Counted from the first letter of the stretch, positions 10,219 to 19,978 are shown. The stretch is 64,000 nt of DNA from Phycisphaerae bacterium (GCA_963666835.2 CAXXGO010000003.1:480001-544000), one strand, 5' to 3'. Translations and numbers: made by a program. Notes: a model not told the origin generated them from the sequence alone.

Positions 10219-12591
10219 TCAGGGTCGTCCCGGTGCTGACATGGCGCCACCGCTACGGCTCTCGCCGGGGCGCGGCTGCATCAGTTTCGAACGCCAATCA
10301 CGCCAGTGCTGCCCCCACACGGGGATGAGCTGGTCTTTGTACAGTTGGCTTCGCGTGCTGAAGAACTCGGCGGGGTCCTCTCCCCCCTCCTCGACGCTGG
10401 GCACATCTTCCGCCTGCTCGGCATCGGATTCCTGGGCTTGGAGCTGCTGAAGCCGAGCGTATGCCCAATTGAAGTTCATGTCCGTCGTCTCGCCGGCAAT
10501 CTCCATGGCCTTCTTGAAATCGGCAGCGGCTAGACCATAACGGCCGGCCATCCCGTACTGCAGGCCGCGCGCCGCAAGGGCATCTGCGTTATCTTGCTCA
10601 AGTTCAACAACCTGTGACAGGTCAACCAAGGCGCTATCGACGTCTTTCAGAGCCGCGAAGGCGGTAGCCCGGCCCAGCAACGCCACGATGAAATCCGGCG
10701 AACCGGCGAGAACCTCGTCCAAATACGCAATCGCCTCGGCCGGCTGCCCGGCTTGGATAAGAACCAAACCACCCGCCGTCTTATCCCAGGGTGATCCTCC
10801 GCCCATCGTGATGGCGGTCTGGGCGTCAGATACACCTTCGTCGGGTTCGCCGTTGAGAATGTGCGCCAATGCGCACCAGATGCGGGCGTGCGGATTCGCG
10901 CCGCTCAACTGCATAATCTTCCGGGCATCGGCTGCCGTTTCCGCATAACGCCCGAGAAGGGCAGCTACCAGCGCGCGCAACCGAAGAGCCGGCCAGCTCT
11001 CGGGCCGCTTCTCAAGGTACATGTTGACCAGGGTCAGCGCACCGGCAAGCTCGTTGTCCTCATACATCTTGCTTGCCTGGGTCAGCACAGCGCGGTACTC
11101 GTCGCCCACCGCTTCCGCGTCATCTTGTTCCTCCGCCGCAAGAGCATCGTGGAACTCTCGCATCGTGCGTTGGGCAATGCCGAAGGCGCTGCTGGCCGCA
11201 GCGGGGTTGGCCCCATCGGAACGTTCGCTGCCGGGCGCCGGCCGCGCCGCCCGGGTCTCCTGAACCAAGCCCTGAACCATTGGAACGGCGGCTCCCGCCA
11301 CAGAAAGCGGGGTCCTAATCTCGGCCGGAAGAGTCTGGAGCAATTGGAAAAGGCGATCCCGATCCTCAACCGCTTCAGCCACGTCGGCCGAGGCCTTCTC
11401 AACCTCCGCACTCCGCGTTGCCAGTTCGGTGTTCTGGGTGTAAAGCGCCCAGCTCATAACGGCTGCCACGAGCACGGCCGCGATCGCCACAGCGCTCAGG
11501 GCATGACGCGCGACGTACTTTCCGAACCGCGTCATCGAGCCCGCACGTCTCGCTTTGACCGGTCGGTTCGAGAGGAAGCGGCGCAGGTCGTCCGCGAACT
11601 CGCCGGCACTTTGGTAGCGTTGATCGCGGTCCCGCTCGGTTGCCTTCAGGCAAATCGTCTCCAACTCCAGAGGGATGTTTGGATTTCGGGTCCGCGGGGG
11701 CAACGGCTCCGAGTTGGCAATCAAACCGATGACCCGCTCGCGCGTCTCCCCAGGGTATGGCGGGCTCAAGGTCAGCCATTCGTACATGGTGGCGCCGAGC
11801 GAGTAGATGTCGGTTCGATGGTCCTGCTGTCCGGGATCCCCGAGGATCTGCTCCGGCGACATGTACAAAGGAGACCCGAGAACCTCCCCCGTCACCGTCA
11901 CACCCGGCTGCTCCGCCAGGCGCGCCAGGCCGAAGTCGGTGATCTTCATCTTCCCGTCTTCGCCAAGCATGAGATTATGCGGCTTAACGTCCCGATGAAC
12001 CACGCCCTGAGCGTGCGCGTACGCCAGGGCATCGGCAATCGTCGCTATGTACCGCGCGATCGTCGTAACTTCTTCCGACGTGGTCGGGAGTTTGCCGGCG
12101 CAACCCAGCTCAACCGTGGATCCGCTCGTCCCCGTATCTCGTACCGCGGTAGCCGTTCGGCGAACCGTGGACATCAGGCCCGAAGTCTTCGCGCCGGACC
12201 GCGTCAGTGCAACGGTCTCGTCCGTGTCAATCGGTCCCTGTTCTGCGCCCGATCCGTCCCGAGCCTCGTTGATTATCTCGTAAAGGCTCCGCCCCGCCAC
12301 GTATTCCATGGCGTAATAGAAGACCCCGTCTTGCTCACCCTGAGCGTAGACCGAAGTGATGTGTTCGTGTTGGAGCTTCGCCGCAGCGCGGGCCTCCCGG
12401 AGGAACCGCTGCACTGCAGCCGGAGAAGCACTAATCTGCGCGCTGAGCACTTTCAGGGCAACTCGGCGATCAAGCGAGCGCTGGCGAGCTTCATACACGG
12501 TCCCCATCCCGCCCCGCCCGATCTCCCGGTGGACCTCGAACTCGCCGAGCACCGAAAGATTGCGCAGGAACCGCCGACGCTGACGCGGCAA
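10219..12591 (-). CDS. Hanks-type Ser/Thr protein kinase with a TM segment and C-terminal TPR repeats
   Basis: IGRGGMGTVY, VALK, HRDVKPHN, DFGLA, GSPLYMSPEQ and DIYSLG, then a hydrophobic helix and TPR-like repeats. Confidence 0.95.
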   Translation of the reverse strand: MPRQRRRFLRNLSVLGEFEVHREIGRGGMGTVYEARQRSLDRRVALKVLSAQISASPAAVQRFLREARAAAKLQHEHITSVYAQGEQDGVFYYAMEYVAGRSLYEIINEARDGSGAEQGPIDTDETVALTRSGAKTSGLMSTVRRTATAVRDTGTSGSTVELGCAGKLPTTSEEVTTIARYIATIADALAYAHAQGVVHRDVKPHNLMLGEDGKMKITDFGLARLAEQPGVTVTGEVLGSPLYMSPEQILGDPGQQDHRTDIYSLGATMYEWLTLSPPYPGETRERVIGLIANSEPLPPRTRNPNIPLELETICLKATERDRDQRYQSAGEFADDLRRFLSNRPVKARRAGSMTRFGKYVARHALSAVAIAAVLVAAVMSWALYTQNTELATRSAEVEKASADVAEAVEDRDRLFQLLQTLPAEIRTPLSVAGAAVPMVQGLVQETRAARPAPGSERSDGANPAAASSAFGIAQRTMREFHDALAAEEQDDAEAVGDEYRAVLTQASKMYEDNELAGALTLVNMYLEKRPESWPALRLRALVAALLGRYAETAADARKIMQLSGANPHARIWCALAHILNGEPDEGVSDAQTAITMGGGSPWDKTAGGLVLIQAGQPAEAIAYLDEVLAGSPDFIVALLGRATAFAALKDVDSALVDLSQVVELEQDNADALAARGLQYGMAGRYGLAAADFKKAMEIAGETTDMNFNWAYARLQQLQAQESDAEQAEDVPSVEEGGEDPAEFFSTRSQLYKDQLIPVWGQHWRDWRSKLMQPRPGESRSGGAMSAPGRP

Positions 12592-12938
12592 GGCCCGTGT
12601 CCCGCATCGACCTTGGGGGAGTTTTCGCTACCTGAAGTCACCGCTAATCGCTTCTTTGAAACCTTCGCCCGGACACCGAGTTCGGGAACCACCCCGCGCG
12701 CACCATCACATCCTATTGTATAGACGCGCAAGCCTGCGGTTTCGAGTCACGAACCCGCAACATACGCTTCACACCGCCGTAGACATCCACCACCGCCTGA
12801 GCCGCGGATTTAATAAGCCTACAGTGTAGCCGCAGCCGCGATTGCGTCGAAGCGGCATCCCTGCGCGAAGCCTGCCCTCGCCGGCCTGCGGGCGTCCTTC
12901 ATCCCGCCCGAGGCTCCGCGCCCTGCCCCGGATCGACC

Positions 12939-13043
12939 GTAACGCAGGCTTCCAGCCTGCTCTTTCCACTCAACCCGCAGCACGGGCTGCCCCCACGGCT
13001 AAAGCCATGTGCCACCCGACCGCAACGCAGGCCTCCAGCCTGC
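12939..13043. repeat. REP cluster: two G(T/C)AACGCAGGC(T/C)TCCAGCCTGC copies flanking CACGGCTAAAGCCATGTGCCACC
   Basis: Short palindromes at 12939-12960, 12994-13016 and 13022-13043. The first family recurs at 54926-54947. Confidence 0.7.
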
Positions 13044-13227
13044 CGCCGTATAGCGTGACCCATTTCTGGATTCGGGGCAATTGGAAATTCCGTCCGGTAT
13101 TTGTAACCACCGCCACGACTGCAGAACGCTCGTCCCGAGCTGGTCCCACCCCGACCGCCGCCCGGAGGAGAGGGGAACCTCCGATAATTCCATCGGCAAA
13201 GTGCATCTTCCTTGACCGGTGATTCGC

Positions 13228-13754
13228 TCAGCGAGCGGCGATATTCGGAAAGCGCCCCGCGGAATGCAACCGGCCCATCGTCAGGTAAGCTTTGCACGAC
13301 ATGATCAATCGTCGCCAGATCGTCCTCGCTTACCTCGCGAACCACTCTCCCGGGCGCGCCCATGACAACCACGCCGTCGGGTATCACACTCTTAGGCGGG
13401 AGCAACGCGGCCGCCGCAATGATGCAGTGACTTCCGATTTCACAATCGTCGAGAACGACGGCCCCGGTGCCAATCAAAGTGCGTGACCCGATCCGCCGGC
13501 CGTGTACGACCGCTCGATGCCCCGATGCCGACATCTTCTCCGATGTCCAGAGGAGTATCGTGCGGCGTGTGGACTACCGTTCCGTCCTGGACGTTGACTC
13601 TTCGGCCGATCCGAATCGGGGCAAGATCGCCCCGGACCACGACATGATGCATCACGGTGACTTGATCGCCCAGATTGACGTCTCCTCCGACGTAGGCGGT
13701 CGGGGCGATGTACACATCGCGTCCCAGCACGGGTTGGATCTTCCGGTCGCTCAT
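13228..13754 (-). pseudogene. Gamma carbonic anhydrase / YrdA-like hexapeptide-repeat gene broken by two +1 frameshifts (pseudogene or sequencing error)
   Basis: IAPTAYVGGDV.LG...VRGD..PIRIG..VNVQDGTVVH lies in one frame, GHRAVVHG..IG..TLIG.GAVVLD...G.PGRVVR in a second, and YLTMGRLHSAGRFPNIAAR* in a third. Removing one base at 13520-13523 and one at 13287-13288 restores a 174-aa ORF. Confidence 0.85.
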
Positions 13755-13855
13755 GGTCACGATTCTAGAAGAAGCGGCGATACAGGTCGATCCCGCTCAC
13801 TCGGAACGCATCGCTCGCCGCTGCTTGCAGGCCGCGGCGCCGGGCGTTACGGTGC

Positions 13856-15721
13856 ATGGCCAATGCCACGCGAGACTCACAGAGGATATCAGCAGTGACG
13901 GGACAGGTGAAGCGACTGGCTGTCCGCGGGCAACGCCTGCGCAATAAGCTAGCCCAGTTGATTACGAAGGTCGGCTTCAAGGAGGAGTACCTTCTCGTTC
14001 TGCTGGCGATCCTCGTCGGCGGCGCCACCGGCCTGTTCGCCGACCTTTTCTACTGGCTGATTGAGTTCGCCCGAGAGGTCGCGTACGGCGACGGCGAACA
14101 TGCGGGTCTCTACGGAGGCCGGCTATGGATGCTGGTTGTCCTACCCACTATCGGGGCTCTGGCGGTTGGACATATCACCTTCTTCTTCGCCCGGGAAGCC
14201 AAAGGGCATGGCGTTCCGGAGGTCATGGACGCGTTGTACCGCAGAAGCGGGGACATTCGCGCCCGGGTGGCCGGAGCCAAAGCGATCGCCAGCGCGTTTA
14301 CCATCGGCTCGGGGGGGTCGGCCGGAACGGAAGGGCCGATCGTCCAAATCGGGGCGGCGATTGGAAGTAGCGTCGGCCGATATCTGCAGATTGAACCTCG
14401 GAGGATGAGCGTAATGGTCGCTTGCGGAGTCTCTGCGGGAATCGCGGCGATCTTCAACGCGCCGATCGCCGGAGTGCTCTTCGCGCTTGAGGTTTTCCTG
14501 AAGGACTTCTCGTTTCGCACGTTCTCTCCGGTCGTGTTCAGCAGCGTCATTAGCTGCTCGGTGATGCATGCTCTGCGCGTTCGAGATGAGGCGATTTTCG
14601 AAGTCCAGACGTTACGGGAGGCGGGGTACCTCTTCCCCGGGATGGAGTTGCCGCTCTTTCTGCTTCTGGGACTGCTGGCCGCGCTGGCTTCGGTGCTGTT
14701 CATCAAATCACTGTATTTCACCGAGGATCTGACTGACCGTATCACGTTCCCCGAAGCCCTCAAACCCGGACTGGGCGCCATCGGGTTGGGGCTTTCCGGC
14801 GCGATTTTCGTCTGGCTGACCAGTTCAAGCACCCCGCCCGAGTTCTTCGGCAACGGTTACCCGGTCATTCAGGCGGCGCTAAGCCAGGACGTCCTCACGT
14901 ACTCCATCGGGGCGTTGGTGGCGTTGTTCTTCCTCAAGATACTGGCAACCTGTCTTACGTTGGGCAGCGGGGGCTCCGGCGGGATCTTCGCTCCGTCGCT
15001 ACTGATGGGGGCGGCACTTGGTGCCGCATTCGGCATGGGGCTTCACCGGATCGGAATCATCGATGAACACAGCGTCAACGCCTACGCACTCGTAGGTATG
15101 GCCGCCTTGGTTGCCGGCACGACCCACGCCCCTTTGACCGCGATCGTCATGTTATACGAGATTACCCGCGAGCCTAAGGTGATCTTGCCGGTAATGTTCG
15201 CCGCAATCGTTGCCACGGCCGGGGCGCAGATGATGCTCCGCGACAGTATATACACCCTGAAGCTGCGCCGGCGCGGCGTGCGCGTCGGCTCGATCACGGA
15301 TCTGACGATTCTGCGGCGGATAACCGTGCGCGATGTTGACTACCAGACCGCCCAGACCGTTCATCCGGAAGATCCGCTGCAAGCGCTGATCGACCTGGCC
15401 GGCAGAACCGATGCTACGGACTTCGTGGTGATCGATGAGTCCGGCACGTACCAGGGGCTCGTTGTCGGTGCCGATGTTCGCACGGCGTTATTACAGCCGG
15501 AGGCGGTATCGCTGCTGGTTGTAGCGGAACTGCTCCGGGCGAACGTGCCGATCGTCTATCCGAACGAGACTCTGGACGTGGTCCTCGACAAATTCGCCCG
15601 TAGCGATACCGCATCGTTGCCGGTCGGCGGGCTGGACGATTCCTCCCACATTCGAGGTCTGATCTCCCGCCGGGCCGTGATGCAGCGCTACCAACAAGAA
15701 CTTGATCGACAGAGCAGGTGA
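13856..15721 (+). CDS. ClC family chloride channel / H+/Cl- antiporter with a C-terminal CBS pair
   Basis: GHGVPEV, GGSAGTEGPIVQIG, FNAPIAG..FALE, GGSGGIFAPSL and HAPLTAIVM.YE, followed by two CBS-like repeats. Confidence 0.95.
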   Translation: MANATRDSQRISAVTGQVKRLAVRGQRLRNKLAQLITKVGFKEEYLLVLLAILVGGATGLFADLFYWLIEFAREVAYGDGEHAGLYGGRLWMLVVLPTIGALAVGHITFFFAREAKGHGVPEVMDALYRRSGDIRARVAGAKAIASAFTIGSGGSAGTEGPIVQIGAAIGSSVGRYLQIEPRRMSVMVACGVSAGIAAIFNAPIAGVLFALEVFLKDFSFRTFSPVVFSSVISCSVMHALRVRDEAIFEVQTLREAGYLFPGMELPLFLLLGLLAALASVLFIKSLYFTEDLTDRITFPEALKPGLGAIGLGLSGAIFVWLTSSSTPPEFFGNGYPVIQAALSQDVLTYSIGALVALFFLKILATCLTLGSGGSGGIFAPSLLMGAALGAAFGMGLHRIGIIDEHSVNAYALVGMAALVAGTTHAPLTAIVMLYEITREPKVILPVMFAAIVATAGAQMMLRDSIYTLKLRRRGVRVGSITDLTILRRITVRDVDYQTAQTVHPEDPLQALIDLAGRTDATDFVVIDESGTYQGLVVGADVRTALLQPEAVSLLVVAELLRANVPIVYPNETLDVVLDKFARSDTASLPVGGLDDSSHIRGLISRRAVMQRYQQELDRQSR

Positions 15722-15815
15722 CCGGGCACAGGCCCCCGACCGGCGTAACGCCGCTGATGGGAACCTGTGCCCGGTGCCAGCGCTTGTTCTGCACACTTCC
15801 GGCTTCCAGTGCTTT

Positions 15816-15884
15816 GTCACACGTGAAGGTCCGGGGTCAATCCGCAACGTGCCCCGCCCCGGCACTGCTCAAGAGCAGTGGCAC
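15816..15884. repeat. About 70-bp dispersed repeat ending in the palindrome CACTGCTCAAGAGCAGTG-GCAC
   Basis: Near-identical to 25595-25663. The core is also at 19932-19953. Confidence 0.85.
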
Positions 15885-15911
15885 GCCTGAAAACCCGGGT
15901 GTCACTTACCA

Positions 15912-17327
15912 CTAGTTGCAGGTGCAGAATTCGAGGAGATCCTCGCCGCTTCGGCAGCCGGGATCGTTGCCCATGATCCTCATGTACTCACTTATCGCGA
16001 AGGCATCCTCATCATCAACATCGCAGTCGCCATCCACGTCAAGGCGCGTGGTTCCGCAGAGCGGATGGCCCGGCGTATCGATGAAGCCGCCGTACATCCC
16101 GTAGAGGACCAACGTTTGTGAACTGTAGTCGCAGACATCGTCATCATTCAGTACGCCGTCGTTGTCGATGTCCGGGTCGCACGCGTCGCCGAGCGTATCT
16201 CCGTTCCACTCATCGCAGTTGAGCTGATCCGCGTTGGGCACGTCCGGGCAGTTGTCGACGTCACCGCAGACCCCGTCCTCATCGATATCGTCGTCCGGAT
16301 CGTACGGGCAGGCATCGCAGACGTCGCCCGCGCCGTCCTCGTCGGTGTCCAGTTGGTCCGCGTTTGCATCATCAGGGCAGTTATCGCACACGTCGCCGAC
16401 CCCGTCGAGATCAGCATCCGCCTGGTCGGCGTTCGCCAATTCGGGGCAGTTATCACAAACGTCGCCCACCCCGTCGATGTCGTAATCACCCTGCATCTGG
16501 TTGGGGTCGTTCGGGCAGTTGTCACAGACGTCGCCGTAACCGTCGAAGTCTGCGTCGGCCTGATCGGGATTCGCAATCGCCGAGCAATTGTCACACAGGT
16601 CACCCCAGCCGTCGTCGTCACCGTCAATCTGCTCGATGTTAATCACTTCAACGCAATTATCGCATCCGTCACAGACGCCGTCCCCGTCGTTGTCAGGATC
16701 CAGATCGCCGTCCGAATCGCAGACCAGCCCGACGCCCATCCAATCCCCGTCGCAACAGATGTCGACGGTCTCGCGGCTCGAGATGCCGTCGCAGCAGAGT
16801 CCCTCCTCCGTCGGACAAACCGAGCCGGTTCCTGCCGGTACCCCGCCGAAAGCCGTGCAGCACCCCGGCGGAAGATCGTCGCAACTGCCGTCGGGCAGGC
16901 AGCACGCTTCCAGAACCCCACAATCCGACCCGGAACCACCCGCGGTGCCGCCCAGGTCATCACAGCAGATTCCGTCGGAGTAGATGCACGTGCCGTCAGG
17001 CATGCAGCAAGCCTGCGTCCCCTGGCACCTCGTGTTGGTTCCCTGAGAAGTGCAGGGCAGGTCGGGAATGGTCCCACCGTCCTTGAGATCTGGAAACTCG
17101 TGGTGTTGAATCAAACAGCACGAGATGCTGTGCGGAGGCGCCCAGTCCTCACAGCAGGAACCCTGGTCAAAACAGACGGCTGTCGGTATCGGCGGCGGGG
17201 TCGGGTCACCGGTAAGACTACCAGCAAAAGCAGTACCGGCGACAAACAACGCGGCCAGAGCCATCATCGCCGCCATTACACGGTACTGCCGCCGGCTTAC
17301 ACCGCTCCGGTTAGAAGCTGCAGACAT
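15912..17327 (-). CDS. Secreted Cys-rich protein with thrombospondin type-3 repeats and a terminal dockerin/EF-hand-like motif
   Basis: Signal peptide, ACC.PDG.C repeats, about 8 DNCP...N.DQ.D.D.DG.GD.C units and terminal LDVDGDCDVDDED. ATG 17327 has an AAGGGAG RBS, so the ORF-track start at 17459 is probably too long. Confidence 0.85.
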   Translation of the reverse strand: MSAASNRSGVSRRQYRVMAAMMALAALFVAGTAFAGSLTGDPTPPPIPTAVCFDQGSCCEDWAPPHSISCCLIQHHEFPDLKDGGTIPDLPCTSQGTNTRCQGTQACCMPDGTCIYSDGICCDDLGGTAGGSGSDCGVLEACCLPDGSCDDLPPGCCTAFGGVPAGTGSVCPTEEGLCCDGISSRETVDICCDGDWMGVGLVCDSDGDLDPDNDGDGVCDGCDNCVEVINIEQIDGDDDGWGDLCDNCSAIANPDQADADFDGYGDVCDNCPNDPNQMQGDYDIDGVGDVCDNCPELANADQADADLDGVGDVCDNCPDDANADQLDTDEDGAGDVCDACPYDPDDDIDEDGVCGDVDNCPDVPNADQLNCDEWNGDTLGDACDPDIDNDGVLNDDDVCDYSSQTLVLYGMYGGFIDTPGHPLCGTTRLDVDGDCDVDDEDAFAISEYMRIMGNDPGCRSGEDLLEFCTCN

Positions 17328-17765
17328 TTTGATTCTCCCTTCTCGTAACATAAGAAACTGCCTCCACGAACGTCCGAACGCCCGAGAGATTGGACTGAGA
17401 CTGAGCCGTTGAACGTGTACCCGCGACGCCACGGCACTACCCGCGGGGTATGACGCCAACGCCCTCGCTCCACCGCGCAGACTCGCCGCGATGGACGGCC
17501 GCGAACAACGGATTCGCTCGCGACGCTACTATCCAATGGGGTAAGCGAGAAAGAGCGACGAACTGGTCAAAGGAATCCACCCACGAGCACGGCAAACCTA
17601 CTCCCCGTCGCCTGGCGCTCGCCGGCATTCACCTGTCTAGCCTACAACGATTCAACGGCGGCCGAGCCTTAGGTCGGAATACGCTTTGTTCGGGATCGGC
17701 GTTCGGGTACAATGCGCTCGGAGGAGCGGCACATTGGATGAGATGCAATCTGAGAGGGGCGCCCT

Positions 17766-18335
17766 ATGAGCGGACACACGGTGGCGACCCGGAGCACGGC
17801 TGAGCAGGCGGCGGCTTTCACCAGGCAGGCGGTGGATAGCTGGTTTCCGTCCATCTACGATTGCCTCCGAGACATCGCTCGGCGGCGGTTGATGCACGAG
17901 GCGCCGGGCCACACCCTTCAGCCCACTGCCCTGGTCAATGACGCATACGTGCGGCTTGTCGAGTATGACCACGATCGCTGGAATGGCCGGGCTCATTTCC
18001 TGGCCGTGGCGGCACGAATCCTCCGCGAGGTCCTGGTCGATCACGCCCGCCGGCGAGCGGCAGCCAAGCGCGGCAAGGGTTGGTGCCGCGTCGCGCTTAG
18101 CGAAGGGATCGGCGCCGCCGACGCAGATACTGTCAGTATTATGGCACTGGATGACGCTTTGACCAGGCTGGCTCGCGATCATGGGCGTGCGGCCCGTATT
18201 GTGGAACTTCGCTTTTTCAGCGGGATGACGATCGAGGAAACCGCGCGCGTGCTCGATGTTTCCCCGGGAACGGTAAAAGCCGATTGGCGCTTCGCGCGAG
18301 CGTGGCTCAACAACGAGCTGGATCAGTTTGCGTAG
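17766..18335 (+). CDS. ECF RNA polymerase sigma factor, TIGR02999/ECF43-like
   Basis: GHTLQPTALVNDAY.RL, HF.A.AA...R.VLVDHAR...A.KRG and VELRFF.G.T.EE.A..L.VS..TVK.DW.FARAWL. Confidence 0.95.
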   Translation: MSGHTVATRSTAEQAAAFTRQAVDSWFPSIYDCLRDIARRRLMHEAPGHTLQPTALVNDAYVRLVEYDHDRWNGRAHFLAVAARILREVLVDHARRRAAAKRGKGWCRVALSEGIGAADADTVSIMALDDALTRLARDHGRAARIVELRFFSGMTIEETARVLDVSPGTVKADWRFARAWLNNELDQFA

Positions 18336-18440
18336 TGGTGTACGGGCTGTCGGGCACATAGCCCCGGGGGAAGCCAAACGGAACCCGTAATTGCGGTCAC
18401 GATCGAGGGACGAGGCCTGCCATCGCCGTCGCGCGTATGG

Positions 18441-18561
18441 GGAATAGGTGCCAGGTTGGTTTGGCGGATGGCTGGAGAGTCATTCTGATAGCTTCTTCCT
18501 CGCGTCGCGCTGTTGCGGCAGGTCTCGTACCTCGACCTGCCCTACATCCTTTGCCGTGTTT
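18441..18561. repeat. Composite repeat copy 1 (about 57-bp hairpin element + GTAG-type REP)
   Basis: Aligns over about 120 bp with 19780-19906. Contains GGCAGGTCTCGTACCTCGACCTGCCCTAC at 18517-18545. Confidence 0.85.
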
Positions 18562-18671
18562 GAATCTGAGACGGCTGTTCGGTATATTGATATGCTCATC
18601 TTCCACGCGGCTCGGTCGGGGCTTCGTTGTCCTGCCGGCTGTGCGGTGTCGACAGTCTGGGAGGTAATGAC

Positions 18672-19241
18672 ATGTTGCGTATCGGTTGTGTGCTCGTTGC
18701 GGTGGCGTCGTTCTTCTTCAGCGTGGAAGCGAATGCCGGGCTTGTTGTGGTACTCAGCGGTACCGCATCGGAGAAGATGGACCTGGGGTTCACGGTGGAG
18801 CCTATCGGATCTACCTACGGTCACGCACCGCTGGGACATGGCAAGCCTAAACCAGTCGCACGTTCCTCGGTTGCGCTATCGCCCGGGCAGAGCGCGCGCA
18901 CTGTGCGCGATGCAATGGCTGAGACTCCTCTTTCCATGTGGTTCAACCGCGTGACGGTCGGCGCACGCCCCGCCATCTACATGGAGTTAGATGGGGGCGT
19001 GTCAGAGTTCTGGATTAACATGGATGGTGGCTCTAATAGCGAGTGCGTGCTGGTCGAACCCGGCTACCCTGGTGTGACTGTCGGTGGGATCACGTTTACG
19101 ACGTGGCTCACTGATTTGGGGCCATACCCGTTCATAGCCGAACCGACTACACTCTCCGGCCTCGACATCATAATCGTGGGTCTCGCGGCTGTCGGCGGTA
19201 TCGTGTTCGGTCGGTCAAAAGATAGGGGGGTTGCGGCTTAA
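18672..19241 (+). CDS. Hypothetical secreted protein with a C-terminal membrane anchor (IPTL-like tail)
   Basis: GGAGG RBS before ATG 18672, signal peptide ending ANA, and C-terminal PTTLS + hydrophobic helix + basic tail. Confidence 0.7.
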   Translation: MLRIGCVLVAVASFFFSVEANAGLVVVLSGTASEKMDLGFTVEPIGSTYGHAPLGHGKPKPVARSSVALSPGQSARTVRDAMAETPLSMWFNRVTVGARPAIYMELDGGVSEFWINMDGGSNSECVLVEPGYPGVTVGGITFTTWLTDLGPYPFIAEPTTLSGLDIIIVGLAAVGGIVFGRSKDRGVAA

Positions 19242-19260
19242 GGATGGCAGACACAAAGGG

Positions 19261-19316
19261 AGAAGACGTCGGGATGCTCTGCTAGCCATCCGGAGAATCA
19301 TCCTGACACGTTTTCT
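19261..19316. repeat. Inverted copy of the about 57-bp hairpin element
   Basis: Its reverse complement AGAAAACGTGTCAGGATGATTCTCCGGATGGCT...CATCCCGAC matches 19781-19830 (GTGTCAGGTTGATTCTGCGGATGGCC...CATCCCGAC). Confidence 0.7.
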
Positions 19317-19327
19317 GACCTGCGCAT

Positions 19328-19702
19328 ATGAATCCCGAACAGCAGTACAAATCGCTGGTTGAAAGCCTGCGGCTGGTCGCCGCCCCGAAGGAACAGCAGG
19401 TGTCCGCATTGCCGGACTTCGTTGTTGTGACAGATGAGGTTGCCATGACCTTTGGCGATGCCTTCTTGTTGGCGCCGCAGCTTGTTCGTGGTGGGCTTGT
19501 CACGGATGAAGCCTTCCAAGCGCTTGCCCGGCTCGATGAGTGGTTGGAGAGAATGCCGACCGACGGATCAATATCGAGTCTCCACTCGCTCGAGAACCAC
19601 CCATTCTGGCGCCGGTCGAGAGAACTCGCCACAAACGCGCTGTTCCAGCTAAAGGAGTCGCTGGGGCCGCCGGACTTGAGTCACATCTTCTGGACACAGT
19701 AA
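19328..19702 (+). CDS. Small hypothetical alpha-helical protein
   Basis: Clean 124-aa ORF with protein-like composition (LPDFVVVTDEVA..F.DA, W...RELA..AL). No family recognised with certainty. Confidence 0.65.
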   Translation: MNPEQQYKSLVESLRLVAAPKEQQVSALPDFVVVTDEVAMTFGDAFLLAPQLVRGGLVTDEAFQALARLDEWLERMPTDGSISSLHSLENHPFWRRSRELATNALFQLKESLGPPDLSHIFWTQ

Positions 19703-19779
19703 TACGGCGACTTCGCTACGAAGAAACCAGACAGCCTTCTGCGAGCGAGACTTTGGGGATCGAAGTACTGCCCTGGTAA

Positions 19780-19953
19780 GGAGAAGGTGTCAGGTTGATT
19801 CTGCGGATGGCCGGAGAATCATCCCGACAGCCCTTCCCTTCCTCGCGTCGCGCGCTGTTGCGGCAGGTCTCGTACCTCGACCTGCCCTACATCGAATGCC
19901 ACGTTTGTGGCATGCGCGCGCTTCGATTCTGCACTGCTCAAGAGCAGTGGCAC
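19780..19953. repeat. Composite repeat copy 2, followed by a CACTGCTCAAGAGCAGTG palindrome
   Basis: Direct repeat of 18441-18561. REP at 19862-19890 and second-family palindrome at 19932-19949. Confidence 0.85.
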
Positions 19954-19978
19954 ACGCGAGAATACCTGTCACGTAGCG

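Noticed and set aside
10861..12723. 620-aa plus-strand ORF
   Set aside because: Antisense to the Ser/Thr kinase, with no independent coding signal.
12899..13227. C-terminal extension of the 211-aa ORF
   Set aside because: Read-through caused by the second frameshift. It runs across REP palindromes.
18441..19906. Classical integron or CRISPR array
   Set aside because: No integrase, no RYYYAAC/GTTRRRY attC cores, no regularly spaced repeat-spacer units and no cas genes.
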